Below are positions 1 through 13,589 of a stretch of DNA of 64,000 nucleotides, piece after piece. The DNA lies in NCBI GenBank assembly GCA_000165425.1, contig CT868352.1, forward strand, positions 372,001-436,000. The letters run 5' to 3'. Positions within the stretch are counted from its first letter, which is position 1, and each line of letters opens with the position of its first letter. Origin of the DNA: Paramecium tetraurelia (lineage: Eukaryota). Under the pieces are notes generated by a model. That model saw only the letters and a program-made list of their open reading frames with translations. It had not been told where the DNA came from and searched no databases. Made by a program: the position numbers and the translations under genes.

Positions 1-15
1 ATTATAAAATAATAA

Positions 16-1821
16 TCAATTATCATCTTCAACATCATCATGTTCCTCATCATCTTCTTTTATGATGGGTTATGTAACTGGATCAGTAATTAAAGTAGTA
101 GAGAAGATTAATTCAAATAAATTTTTTTAATCTTAAATGTGCTTCTTTTTATTGAGAGGAGGTGGGAACATAGGATCAATAGCAATTCGGATTGAATTTT
201 CAATAAGATGCGAAATTAACCTAGCTAAAAGTGGACAGCATGTTTCCAAACAAGGATTAGTATTCACTTCGATAAGCCAAGGTTTCATATCTTAATCAAT
301 CATATAATCTAATCCAAATAATTCAAAAGTGTAAAAATGTCGATTTGGATCTAAGTGTTGATATGTCGCTTTTACAATGTCAGTACTTAACTTTTTAAGT
401 TATTCAATTATTATTGAAAAATTGTAATTATGATTATCCTGTAAGTATTTTTAAAACTCATTAAAAGACACCTAAATTAGATATTATTTAATTACTTTAT
501 TGCCAGTTTCATATTTTCCATAATTTTAATTCTTCTTCTAAACTGCATCATTGGTTAAATGAGTAAATTTGTCTTCCACATCATCCAATGAGAACTCTTT
601 GCAACTCGTTCTGATATACCCCTCCTGATACCAATAGGCTTTGAATTTATTATTGATGCTGGTCATCAATATATAGCATCTAATATCAAACTTTCTTTTA
701 TTGTAGAGAAGAGGTTTCTCCATATACTTTTGAACAATAAAGGTTTTTTTCATTCCATTATGATGATTCGTGGATTGAGAAATAATTGATTTTACCTTTT
801 GAATTGAATTTGCCACTTAAATGCCGTTCCCTCTATTCGATGACTCCCCTGGTTTTACTATCCACAGATTTACATTCTGTGTTTAAGCATACTATTCAAA
901 TTCTAAGTAAGCAGGATCATTTGGACCTGTTTAGACATGATACGTAAGCGGTATAAATTAAAAGGGATCCTCATTTCGAGAAATATAGTAATTTTTCATA
1001 TTATAAAAGAGGGCCTTTTTATTGCACACTTAAAAATTACATTCTAAATGATTATGTACTTTCAAACTAGCACTCTAATTAAATATCGAGTATTCTGAGT
1101 CTTCAATTTTATATTTCAATTTGTCATTTACTTATTTCTTCTACAATTTACTAAATACAGCCAACTCTAATTGCTACTTTTATAATTGTTCATAATGTGC
1201 TTATTTTCGTAATTAAGTCCAATAGAAATTCATGTCTTCACTAGGTTAATCAATCAATATCCACCATGGTCTTTATTTCAGACTCTATCTGATCAATACT
1301 CCATTGTTACCCTTAGTCACAAAAGCCTTATAGATGGCTCTATCGGGAGGTTAAACACTTAAATTATTTGATAGTGCCATAAGAATGGGAAATTCATTTT
1401 ATTCAAATATTATATTGCTATCCTCATTTTTAGAAGTTATTGCTCTTTTAATTGAAAATTATTTTTAAGGAATCAATCTAATATCTTTCTTACTTCTTTC
1501 CTAAGAATGTGATTCAGTAGGTACATCAATAAAACTTTTTTTTACGAATAGTTTCATCTCACTAGCTTTTCTAGTTTAAATTTCTATTTTTGGAGGATAA
1601 GAAATAACAGTTGGTAAAAATTAAGGAGTGCATTAAGAACAGGTTTTCAATTATTGTTGTTATTCTTATTATTTATTAATGAGTTCGACAAATTGTTGAA
1701 ACCCTTTGAGTTTTATCGCATTCACTTTCGGCTGATGTTATCGAATTGGTTATTAAAAGGCAACATCTTGAAATTTCTAATTGCCCTTTATATACAAAAA
1801 TTCCAAATCAGGTTTCAGCAT
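16..1821 (-). CDS. Tubulin-tyrosine-ligase-like (TTLL) protein, possibly of the glycylase (TTLL3/8/10-like) branch
   Basis: Ciliate-code translation gives WIVKPGESSNRGNGI, IVQKYMEKPLLYNKRKFDIRCY, YQEGYIRTS, THLTNDAVQK, FELFGLDYMID and WLIEVNTNPCL. Short intron near 472-495, TGA at 16-18. The frame stays open upstream, so an alternative ATG at 2124 is possible. Confidence 0.9.
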
Positions 1822-2547
1822 CAAAATATAAAAATAATAATAATTGTCAGTTCTATAATAATTATACTATATAAAGATAATATCGCAATTCATAAAAAAT
1901 TCTTTATTTTCAATTGTCTATGGCTTAAAGAAACACATATTGCTTGATTGATCAATAGATTTAGTTCTTATTATAGTGGTTTTTGGTTAATAATATTGAA
2001 TATCACTTTTTTTTTGTTCAATTAAGATTTATAATTTTATTCTGAATATATCATTTATCTAATATTCTAATGTCAAATGATTTATTTTTCCTTTTTATAT
2101 CAAAATTTCATTCATCTTCATCATGGCTTACTCCTCATTTCTATAACTACCCTGACTTAAGTTTTTAGATTCCTTAAATCTTGAACTTCAATTTTCTATA
2201 ATTCCTTTAGATAGTAGATTTATCAGTAAACTATTAGAATCTTAGTTTATATACTAAGCATTATCTGATATGTATAAAAATGCTTGTTTATCTCCATCTA
2301 TCTATCTTCTTTTATAATTAAATTAGAAATGTATCTAGTTATGATTCTTATCTTCATCTCAATTTATAAGGATAAAAGTATTTAAATTTATCTAACTGAA
2401 TATCAATAATATTATGAATTTATCTATATTTTTGCTAATAAAGTAAATGGTGATGTTTTTGTATTTTAGATAATTTTAATCATTTAGTCAATCATTAATT
2501 AACATTATTATAATTATTTTAAATAGATAATAAAAATTGATAATATT

Positions 2548-4288
2548 TCATTTATAATAATTCCTTAGTAATGCATTTAAAGGTCTATCAGATTCAAAAT
2601 ATTTGCTATATCTAGAGCTTTAATCAGATGGATATAGTCTTTTCCAACCTCTACTTCGTTTGAATTCTTCTTCTGTCTCTTTTAAGATATATTTTTCAAA
2701 TTCCTATTGATGTTTCTTAACATCATAATTGCTTTAGTTTCTAACATACGATAAATCTTATGAAAATCTTTAGTCCTTTAATCATAATGAAGTTTACTAA
2801 TGGTACTATTCCGATAAGTGTGAATAGATCTGCTAGCATTTCTCCTTTAATTTTGAGATCCAAAGGAGCATCAATATTCAGTGAAGGTGAAAAATTGACT
2901 TCCAAAAGCCAAGGTTTCAAAAACTAATCCACCAAAACATCAAATCCAAATAAGGAAAAGCAATTAGATCTGAATGGCACATTCATTTCGCATGCCTGAA
3001 ATATGGCACTCTCAACACTAATGATTGTCTTAATTATTAAATCCTCAATTCTTTCAAAGATTTGTTACTAAATCATTATAATTAAATACTTCATTTATTT
3101 TGTTTAACTTTAAGTATTCTCGTAAGGCCAGCAAACTCCATTTACTACCTAAATAATCTAAAGTTGGATCCTAATTGGCTACAAAATTGGGTGAATCTTT
3201 ATTTACAGAATAATTAGTTAAGTGTACAAACCTATTCTACTTTACAGAATCAGGATTATAGGCTTCAGTAGCAAATCTTGCCAATCCATCCTAATACACA
3301 TATATTCTCAAAGGATTTATACAAGTAATAGCTACATAAATTCTCAAATCAAATTTTAGATTGTTTATCAAGAGTGGTTTATCGATATAATGTGAAACAA
3401 CATATGAATTATTGGAATTCTATTTATTTAATATCTAAAATAGTTTAGAATATTAATTTACATCTTATATCTTATCGGTAATGAAAATGCCTTTCCCTTA
3501 AGAACTAGCATGTGGTTTACATATGTAGACAGGATTGTTATTTTTAATTTTCTCATGTTCTTCTAAAAAATAACTCATCTCTGCTGGCAATATGTATGTC
3601 TTTGGGATAAAATTAAAATTGATAAATCCATGATTTATTTACATTTTTGAAATGTTACGGTGCATTAAATCTTTTCGAGTCATTTCATAAGATTTTGGAA
3701 AGTGACATACTTTTTAATAAGCAAATAAATTTGTATAAATTTCTGATCTTATTGCACATGAAGACCAATACAAAGTCCAATTTTTATCATTGTTTTCTTT
3801 GAAGCCATTTTCTTCCAATAGTCCTTTTACCAGTTTTATTGGACTGCTTCCAAATTTATAATAATAACCAACATCCTTTTTATTAACATTCATACATTTA
3901 TTATTATATCAGTGCTTCCAGAATAGGGCTTAAAAGTTAAATATCTGGTCATTGGAATCAAAAAGGAATTAGTGTCTTTGGTTTGTGATTTCGGTTGTTG
4001 CTATCTATTTAAACTTGCTGCCTTTCTTTTGAATTTATCTGAATTATTATTATAAGTATTCGGAATTGCGCTCAACACATTCAATTATTACTGCATTAGT
4101 ATATAAAGAATTTACTTTTATTTGAGGAAGCATAACATTTCCAATACCTGCCTTAGGTCTTGAATTTTATTAAGCTAATTTACTAATTATTCAAAAACTT
4201 TACATTGTTGTTCTTAATTACAATTTGGATGATAGTGTTTGTTTAATAAACTAATAATGTCATCAATTGAATCACCAGGAGAATTCAT
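2548..4288 (-). CDS. TTLL4/TTLL5-like tubulin polyglutamylase
   Basis: [79 protein letters not shown] and C-terminal [18 protein letters not shown]. Several tiny introns. Confidence 0.9.
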
Positions 4289-4487
4289 CAAAGTTATTTA
4301 AACTGTTTTTATTATTAATTTTATATTAATTAGTATATTACAATTTCGAATTTTTGCATAATCGAGAAGATAAATTAAATACTAGATTTTTAAATATCGA
4401 AATCAATTTATATTAAAATTATATTTTAAGAGTGCTATTTAAATTTAAATTATTATATCTAATTCTATGATTATTTATAAATATGTT

Positions 4488-5717
4488 TCATTTTGCTCTG
4501 CAATCGGTTTCGCTAGCGGTTAAACCACAATCACAATAAAAATCTGTGGCAACTCCATAAAATTATAGGTTATGTAGTTTGTGACACTTTATTGCACAAG
4601 CATGGCAAACTCCTGGAGTAGCACCATCATGATTTTACTAATATTTCTTAATATCGAAGCAATCAAGACATAAATACATAGGTTACTATACCCTTTGTTA
4701 ACCTGCAGATTCTCTTGTACATAATTATACACGATGATCTTACTTACCACAATGACAACTAAATGATCCCGATTTTTTTATTATTTAATGGTCTTTATGA
4801 CATATAAGGGCACAAATCCTGCAAGCTCCAAATATTGAGTTCTTTCCCCAACATGTGATGCATTCATAATAAATTTATTCATATTTATTATTGCTGCTTA
4901 CATCATATGTACATTAACTATTTCCATAAATAAATTCAATGCCTTTTATATCTCCATCACTTAATTGTTGACGAAATCCAATATTTTTATGCTAATATTC
5001 AGCTTTAAGAGTCATGTATTCACTTTAGCCGTAATGCATTGTAGAATCAAAATCATACTCACCAATCATATATCCCATTTCTCTAATCTAGTATTAATTC
5101 ATATCTTCAGGATCCAATTGTGACTATTAAAATGAGAGGTATAAATCTCTATCTATCCTGCATTATGTATGATCAAAACCTAAAACATGCATAGTTTCAT
5201 GAAGATATGTTCCATAATCGCTATTCTCTTCTATGTGTACAACGTGCTCTTTTTCTTATATCTATCGACCAAGTTTGAATACAAAGCTTCTTCCATTACT
5301 GCTTTTTGTATATTTTACATATTGATTGTGTTTTTTAAAATCTTGTTTTTATACAAATTTAATAGATGTTTTCTCTTGGAATTCTTTGATTGCTTTGAAT
5401 AAATATTGTCTCATCTTTTCAGTAAAAGATATATCAATAATGTATGGGATTATACCATATGGCCATACAAAACTAGAGAATTTTAGGTTGTAATTTGTTA
5501 GTATTTCTTACTTTTTATTTACTATTTTTGGGTTTAGCAATATGTTTCTTTATTTAATTGATTCTAATTATTTTGAACTGCGGGGTTTTTAAAATTATTG
5601 TATTATTTGATTAGATTCTTGATTCAAATGATTCTAACAAAAATGTTTAGCCTAACTATTTTAATTTATTAAGAATCCCTATATAGGTTTATGGTTAGAT
5701 TTTGGGCCAATTCTCAT
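4488..5717 (-). CDS. Astacin-family (M12A) zinc metalloprotease with two C-terminal UBR-type zinc fingers
   Basis: Uninterrupted ~409-codon frame. WPYGIIPY, HETMHVLGFDH (HExxHxxGxxH), YDFDSTMHYG (Met-turn) and GFRQQLSDGDIKGIEFIYG, then two Cys/His boxes: CTYD..YECITC..GACRICALICHKDH..FSCHCG and CTRE..MYLCLDC..GVCHACAIKCHKLH..FYCDCG. Confidence 0.88.
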
Positions 5718-6116
5718 TAATAATATTGTGATAGTTGATCAAACTGATAAATATATTAAAAAAAAATTATTCTATTTCGTTTAATCTGATTTCAAAATTA
5801 TAAATTAGAGTGTAAAATTTATTTTGATGTGTTTCAAGTCGATCTATTGATCACAAATTTGGGCAAAACCTATCCATTTATACTTTTATTACATTAGTTT
5901 GAGGGTAAAATTATCTATTTGTATCTAGTTATAATTTCTGATTGATAATTAATTTAAATGAAGTTTGAGTGAAATTTTTTCATAAAATTTAATTCAAATG
6001 GGCTTAACCTCCTAATAACAATAATTACTAAATCATTTATATTGTATTGCTATTATTTGGAATACCTAAAGAATCAATTTTCTTAGTTTTAATTTCTTAT
6101 AATTATTGCAATTAAG

Positions 6117-6949
6117 ATGGATGAAATAATGAATTTATAGAGGAACGATAAGAGATAAAATCTGAACTTGAATTTATTGTGGAAGCAATTAGTGGAGATG
6201 CAGATACAATTTGTAAAATATATTAATTCATTTAGAAATAAAGGAATTATTAGACAAAAAATATTTTAGAGGTTAGACTTACATATACAGCCTTTTTATA
6301 TATCTTTCCATTCTTGTATTTGCGTGATGTTTTGAAATTGAGATTGTTGAACAGCTCTATGAACGAAATGATAACCAATTATTTATTGTATTATCGATAA
6401 TAACAATCAAATACGATTCGAATATTAGAGATTGAAATTTAATAAGAGAAAGAGAAGCTTCCGATATTATATTATTAGATTTTACAAAAGTTGATAAAGA
6501 GATCATCAATTTGTGCAAAAGAATTAATGAAGTTAAATGATAGGGGGTTAAAATAAATGCCAACTTATAATCCTTTATTAGTGATGCAAGTTGCAGAATG
6601 CGAGGGAATAGAACTATTTAAAATAATACCAGAGGAGTTATTTTAAATGAAAAGCTATTTAATATTTCTCGATTTTAGTAAATATACAGATTTGAAAAGA
6701 ATGTAATTATTAGAATTTTATGAAGAGAAGTTACAATAATCAGATTATTTGGAGCAATAAATGAATTATAATGATAGATCAGAACTATTTTTCTTAAGAT
6801 TGGCTAGAATGTGGTTGAAGTAGACCTTCTATTAAGACACATATAAATAATTTAGGTTAATAATGATGCTCATAAAAAAGAAAGAGTAGATGAGATGGGT
6901 AATTAGATAATTGGAAGTGCTGGAGAAAATAACGGAAAGAATAACCTGA
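6117..6949 (+). CDS. Hypothetical protein with an F-box-like motif
   Basis: Open frame after one 23-nt intron (~6213-6235). YIFPFLYLRDVLKLRLLNSSMNEMI resembles an F-box consensus. Confidence 0.55.
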
Positions 6950-7537
6950 ATGATATATAGATATTATACTTTACAAAATTCATGACTGTCCCATTTATTA
7001 TTTTACCAATTTTTTAGACTTATAAGAGAACATAATTTAAAAAATACTAATTTTTGTAAATTTATAGATGAAGTTATTCATTATGTATTAATAGATTAAT
7101 TTCTTGGAATTTAAATTGCAACAGTATCTTCATTTATATTTACTACTAAATCAAATGATTAAAGTTAAACACAATTTTGAAGCATTTAAGTTTGATTATA
7201 TTTAAAAATTGATCTTACCCTATTTAGTATTAGTTCCCTCAGATAGGAAAGTGTATTATATGTCAAGCATTTATTAATCATCTCTATCAAAGATAATAGT
7301 TATAAATCAGTCTTTGGAAAAAGTGTGTTTCTCAAAATAATAAATTTCTAAATTGAAAGATTAAATTTCTTAATTCTTAATTTTCAATTTACTTGTATTT
7401 CTAAGTTCTTTCAGTAGTTTATAATAGGATGATTCTTTTTACAAGGTTATCTTCAAAAATGGTAAAATTCTGATACGTATACATTAATGTGGAGTGTGAT
7501 AAAAAAGATTATTTTAATCATTATTAAATTAATAATT

Positions 7538-7933
7538 ATGCGAAAATCATAGAAAACAGGGTCTCAGTAGCATATTAAAAATATATTGACACCTTTGATA
7601 ACCTAATAAAATTCAGGTAGTCCAGACTAGTCTTTAGGAAATAGAGCACCATACAAAATGGGACGGAGATCATCATTGATTGAATTGCATAGAGTTGAAA
7701 GTGAATCAATAAAATTACGACCACAAAGAGTGTTGTAAGTAGTTAAGGATGCTAAGAAACAACTTCTGTCTCAATAGAATCCTAGACCTGAGAAAAAAGT
7801 AAAACCTAGAGTAGAGACATCGGAATGCTAATATAGAGGATTAGATTTTACTTTTGCCTAGAACTTTTCAAATAAGTAGATAATTTTGAAAGAATTCTCA
7901 ACTAATGGACTTAGAAAAAGATTCTTTGTTTGA
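7538..7933 (+). CDS. Hypothetical basic protein (~131 aa)
   Basis: ATG-to-TGA open frame in the ciliate code with coding-like GC; no recognisable motif. Confidence 0.55.
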
Positions 7934-7957
7934 TTTAGTATCAATTATTTATTTATA

Positions 7958-8975
7958 TCATTGTATCCTTAAGCGAGGTAACTACTTCCAGAACATTATT
8001 TTAGAATAGGGATCTTCCAAAAATTTGGATGGATCTTTGATATCAATTAAGATCAATTCATTTTCAGTAATTTTAATTTTGGCATCGACAATCACTTTTG
8101 TGTTTTTGGTGCTTTTGGATGAAGCTATATTGTAACCATCTCTGGTTAGCAATTGATTTTGGAAGAGACTGAGAGTTAAGGTAATTGAATTGTCTAATTT
8201 GTATTTGATGCATTCTTCTTTAAAGTTTTCGTCTGTGAACTCATCTTGATAGATGAAACATTCCGGATTGACTCCAGCATAATAATAGGAGTCTTTGCGT
8301 ATGAACAGTAAACCATTCTTGGTGTAAGGGAAGAGAGTTTTTTGCAATTCAGCGATTGATGGTATAACTGGGATCCATTCAAAGTTGTAGTCCTATTGTT
8401 CTTAATCCTAACGCAATTGACTGAGAATGTGACCTTTAATCCAGAAATACCTCAATTCTGCTACTTATTCACTCATATCCATTTTGCCCCATTACAAAAT
8501 ATCATAAATATAAACTGTATTGGCACTGAGGAAACAGTCCAAAATGCATCTGCCAATCAGAGTCTTTTAGCTGCCTATTAAATTAATTGTCTTAACTTGT
8601 ACCTCCAGGAAGCGAGGATGAGAATTTATATTTTAGACCATTGATTGTTTTCAAAACTGTGACTCCTTGATGACTGCTAACGATGCACCTTTATCCAACC
8701 GGTAAGATGCGAATAAAGTACTCATTTATACAGATGGATTCCCCATTATAATATTCAAAACTTTAAAAATTCTTGCAAAATTTTCGCAGGTTTTATTATT
8801 CTAGTTTTAAAGGGGGTTCTTCAAGTTTAAGTTTATTGAATTCTATCTCTATTTCCTCTGTTTATTACTTTTCTTCTTCTTTCAGCCAAAACCTTTTTTG
8901 ATTAAAGATAGCCAGACGACTCATTTTCCGGATGTTGTCACTTTCTCTCTCCACTATTAATTAATTCATTTTCAT
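7958..8975 (-). CDS. SNUPN: Snurportin-1 (m3G-cap-binding snRNP import adaptor)
   Basis: LPVGQRCIVSSHQGVT..KFSSSLPGG, CILDCF..YIYDILQW, ELRYFWI and NGLLFIRKDSYYYAGVNP. One 28-nt intron (~8575-8602). Confidence 0.8.
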
Positions 8976-9050
8976 TTTATTAATATAAATTATCAAATAT
9001 TTTGATTCCCTAAGAATAGATATATATTATTGCATAATTATGTAAAATCA

Positions 9051-9944
9051 TCAATTCAATATTATGGCGTGTACATAATCATAATTTTCATTCTCCATGA
9101 TTCCTAATAATGAATGCAACGTATGAATTGGATCGGGCATACTCTGAGGATATTTGCTAAATCCACCATAAATAGATTAACAATGCTATAAGAATTCCAG
9201 CAATCTTTCCTTATCTAATAAATCAAGCCCCAACATTTTCAGAGTCCATCCAATCCAAAAAGAATAACAAGAATCAGCAACTTTATTGATTCTCCCAGCC
9301 ATACCCCCAGTCAATTTGCATTGTCGATTAACTAACCATTCTATTAAACTGCTTTCATAAGGTATTTCCAACTTTAAAATCTTCAAACTAGCTATTGCAC
9401 AATAAGATGCACCGCTGTGAGATTCCAAATGCGGTCTCAATCCAAATGCTCCATCTTAATTCTAACACATTAGTATGAATTTTCCGACAGTCTATTAGAA
9501 TTCGCTCGTGTCTATATTCAACAAATCTAAGTATGCCAATGCACTATAAATCATTCTTATATCTGCATCCTAAGAATTAGCAGAGGAACGTATATTTCCA
9601 TCCTCTTGCACAAGAGATCGAACAAAATTCAGAGCTGATTCTTAATCGACCTAAATGTTGTGTTAAAGCTCCCTCAATACGGATATTGCACAATAAGAAT
9701 TCACTATTGATGGTTCTGAATCATCGAATGTTGAGGGCTTATATTAGTGAGGCTTCACTTCCAAGAGTTTCAAGAAATTTATGATTGGCTCAGATTGACA
9801 TTCTGATTTCAATAATTTAAGAGTAGTGACACAACAATATAAAAATAAGGCCTTCAATGAGTCTGCTTTGTATGGGAGTTTCTATTCATAAAGGGTCTTT
9901 TGGACGAATACTTCGTGTTAGCCAAGTGTTAACTATTATTACAT
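9051..9944 (-). CDS. Protein prenyltransferase beta subunit (GGTase-I/II-like)
   Basis: Prenyltransferase repeats DADIRMIYSA, GAFGLRPHLESHSGASYCAIASL, GGMAGRINKVADSCYSFW and GGFSKYPQSMPDPIHT. Intronless 894 nt. Confidence 0.9.
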
Positions 9945-9961
9945 TATAAATTATAATTAAA

Positions 9962-11689
9962 ATGGAAAGCAAACTATAAAATTTTGAGATCCTGAATAAA
10001 CTGGGTATTATTAAATGAGCTATTACCTTTTTAGGTTCTGGAGCCTACTCGTCTGTTTACAAAGTGCAACGAAAGTCTGACGGCAACATATACGCTTTAA
10101 AGAAAGTATTTTGATATTATCAAATATAATAAAGGTTAAATTAGTAGACATCGGAGATAGGGAGAAATAGAATGCTCTTAATGAAGTCCGGTTTATTGCA
10201 TCAATCCATCATGAGAATGTTGTTTCTTATAAGGAATGTTTTATTGAGGACAATAATCTATGGTATGGATAATCGTTGTAATCTAAGTATTATCATGGAG
10301 TACGCAGAAGGAGGAGATTTGTTGTAAAAGATTTAGAGGTTTGTAAAAAAATAGCAAATGATTCCTGAATAAGAGATATGGCAAGTTGCAATTTAAGTTT
10401 TATAGGGATTAAGAGCACTACATCATAAAAAAATACTGCATAGGGATTTGAAATGTGCAAATATCTTCCTATATGAGAATGACTAGGTCAAGCTTGGAGA
10501 CTTCAACGTTTCCAAACTAGCCAAAAATGGTTTAGTCTACACTCAAACGGGTACACCCTATTATGCTAGTCCGGAGGTTTGGTAGGACAAACCGTATGAT
10601 CATAAGGCTGACATATGGTCCTTGGGGTGTGTGATTTATGAGGCCTGCGCTCTGAAACCGTACATATGATCCTACTATTAGATTAGACCATTCAGGGCCA
10701 AAGATATGGACGGACTTTATAAATCTGTTCTAAGAGGCCAATATCAACCCATCCCAGTGATCTACTCTCAAGAGTTGGTTCAGTTAATTAAAACCATGAT
10801 GCAAGTGCATCCGCAGAATAGACCGGATTGTGGTAAGGATCTAAGACTTAAACATTAGATAAGTTACTCCAATATTAATATGTGTAGAAGAAGGCCAAAC
10901 AATATGGGATTCCCTTGATCTCAGAGGATATCGAGGATGATTTACTAAAGACAATCAAGTGGCCAATCACCAGAAAGGGATTGTAGGCTAACAAGTCAGA
11001 ACTCATCAATCTAAATTTCCAATTGCCTGGTAGCAACTATTTGAATCAGCATAATTCAAATCATTTAAGGAGGAACCAGCAATCCAATAGAATCAAGTCT
11101 TAGGATACAAATGATTCGATCTCTTTAAATCAACCTAACGAAGCTTTGCATCAATTAATGAAGCAAATCACTCAACTTGAATAGAAGGATATTGAGAGGA
11201 GTCCTAATTTCAAATAGAACCTGAACAAATCTACTTCAAAATAGACCATTTAAGATAATGTCTTGCCTCCAGATAGAAGATTGAGAGTGTCTAATTCTAC
11301 TCATGAAAAACATGAGAAGTACGAATCAGTTTAACCGTAATAATTGAATTAATATTAAAAGTAAATGTATCTCGAAGGATCGAATAGAACATCAAATACA
11401 AATAAACGCTAATTATTATGCTAAAGATGTCATCCAATCCCTCAACAAATAACACTATTCATAGAAGTTGCCAATCATCTCTGGAACTTAAAGATAAGAT
11501 GAGGAATAGCATATCTTGAGAAAGAATTCCTCCAACGAGAGAAATCCAAGTAATCATTTGAAGAGATCAAAGAATGATCCACTGAAAAAGGATCTGTCCA
11601 TGTAGCCTAGTGCAGAAAGACCTACTGTTTTAATGAAGATAATTGAAGAACATCAATAACTACCTAAAATAAAGAAAAAGTAGTAGTGA
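9962..11689 (+). CDS. NIMA-related (NEK/NRK) Ser/Thr kinase
   Basis: LGSGAYSSVYKV, YALKKV, NALNEVRFIAS, HRDLKCANIF, KLGDFNVSK, TQTGTPYYASPEVW and DIWSLG. About five tiny introns and a low-complexity C-terminal tail. Confidence 0.93.
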
Positions 11690-11754
11690 GCTATAATTAA
11701 ATAATCACACTAAATGTAATTTTCCAAATTTTAAAATATTATATTATGATTTTT

Positions 11755-13332
11755 TCAGAAATATTTAAAAATTTAAGCATTCCATCCATCAACTATGACA
11801 CCCAACCCATTGTTTCTCATATCATCTCCACTTCTTACATAAGTTTATCCACTAATCATTTCAGTTATAGTTTATTATCCACTTGAGGCATCACTTAATT
11901 TGACCAGTCCGTATCCTGATCCTTCAGAGAAGTTAATTACTACAATTATTTTATCTGAAGCATTGGTCCACTAAACAATAATTTCAATATCATTACTCTG
12001 AAAGCAAAGAATTTCCAAGATTAATCTCCTGTTACAGTCAATTATGTCCAATTTCCTGATTTGAATACCTCTCTTTTTAAGATGGCCATGACCTTTCCAT
12101 AAAATGATTTAACGTAAGCTGATCCATTCTCTTTATAACTTCTTCTTAAATGGACATCCAATCTATTCGACAATCCCTCCAATTAACCATGATTAACAAA
12201 TCTGGCCCCTGGAATAGAGTAACTCATCAATGCAGCAACGCAAGAAATATAATCTTTGCCACTGAACTTTATGATAGCTCTTGGTTCATCGTGATTTTCA
12301 ACGAAATGATTTGAATGAGAAGCATACTAGCCATTATAACTACAGTAAATACATTCAAATTCAAATTAGATAGGATGGGTCTAACCTTTCCGACATCCAA
12401 AGTAGCTTATTGATCCAATAACCATTTTTCATAAACATAATCAAATCCTAAATTTATGAGATCCTGTTCCTTGCTCCAATACACTTCAGCCAAGAATATC
12501 ACATTTGGATATTGTTATTTGGTCTCCTTTATGGCCTCAGACCAAAATTCAGTTGATGGTCTCTTGTAACCCCAAGCATCTAATTAAGGTTTCCACTTGT
12601 TGTAAAAGAGATCATTCAAGATCACCATAGCCATATCACATCTCATACCGTCAGACATAGAAGCTATCTTCTTCACTACGGACTTCAGATAGTTTCTAGT
12701 ATCATTATTCCAGTAATTCCATTAAGCAGTGTCTTTCCAAAATCCATCCCATTGATCTCCACCGTAGCTAACTCCATCGGGAAGATAGTATTCAGAATCA
12801 TAAGGCTTGGGTGTGTTGGGAGGCGCTCTAATATAATAATCAATATTTGATGTTCTATATGGACTATCAATTGCAGAATGGTTAGGAACAAAATCGAGCA
12901 TGAGTTTTAACCCCATATCATTAAGCTTTTTTCTCAGATTTACTATGTCTTGGTCTGTGCCTAGTTCTGAATTGCAGACAAATTCAGTGATAGCATAGGG
13001 GGAACCTATGACATCATCCATAGTAAAGTCGGGCAAATTAGACTTGTAGTCATTTGCATGAGCCTTATCAAAGTCTAAACCGTGTTTTCCAAGTTGCCAA
13101 ATACCTAAGTTAAATATCAACACTCACCCATCAGCCAGACATAATCAACTCCGATGTTTTTTAGATTCTAAAATTCTTCCATTGGAATATCATTTAATTT
13201 ACTAATCTTCTTTCCATATTTATTGGTTAATTCATAAAGCCAAGGTCTCAATGATAATTCATAAATTGTAGGGTTGTAAGCATTCACCAAAACATTCATT
13301 AATAAAAGACCGATGACGAATTTCTACATCAT
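11755..13332 (-). CDS. Secreted GH13 alpha-amylase-family glycosidase
   Basis: Signal-peptide-like MMQKFVIGLLLMNVLVNA, then GSPYAI and LMLDFVPNHSA. Catalytic triad regions DGMRCDMA, FLAEVYW and FVENHDEPR. Three tiny introns. Confidence 0.9.
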
Positions 13333-13589
13333 ATTAATAAATAAAAATCAAATTTTGTTTATTATTTTGCTCATTATTCTATAATTGTTGATCAAGTGTA
13401 ATGATCATAATATTTAATTATAGATTTAGGTTATAAATTAATCCCTAACATAATTTAGATATAGTAATTGATCATTAATATTCTTAATCAAAAACATATC
13501 CTTAATTTATTCTAAAAAGATGAAATGCAATTTTTAATATTTCAATAGGATAATTAAATAATGTAGATTGCTTATATATTAATAATAAA

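Noticed and set aside
1822..2547. Possible fusion of the two TTLL genes into one ORF
   Set aside because: The upstream TTLL has its own TGA at 2548-2550, and further in-frame TGAs occur (e.g. ~2188-2190).
10495..10520. DFN in place of DFG in the NEK kinase, suggesting a pseudokinase
   Set aside because: The catalytic Lys, HRD and the Mg-binding Asp are intact; as I recall, GDxNVSK is a normal variant in ciliate NIMA-related kinases.
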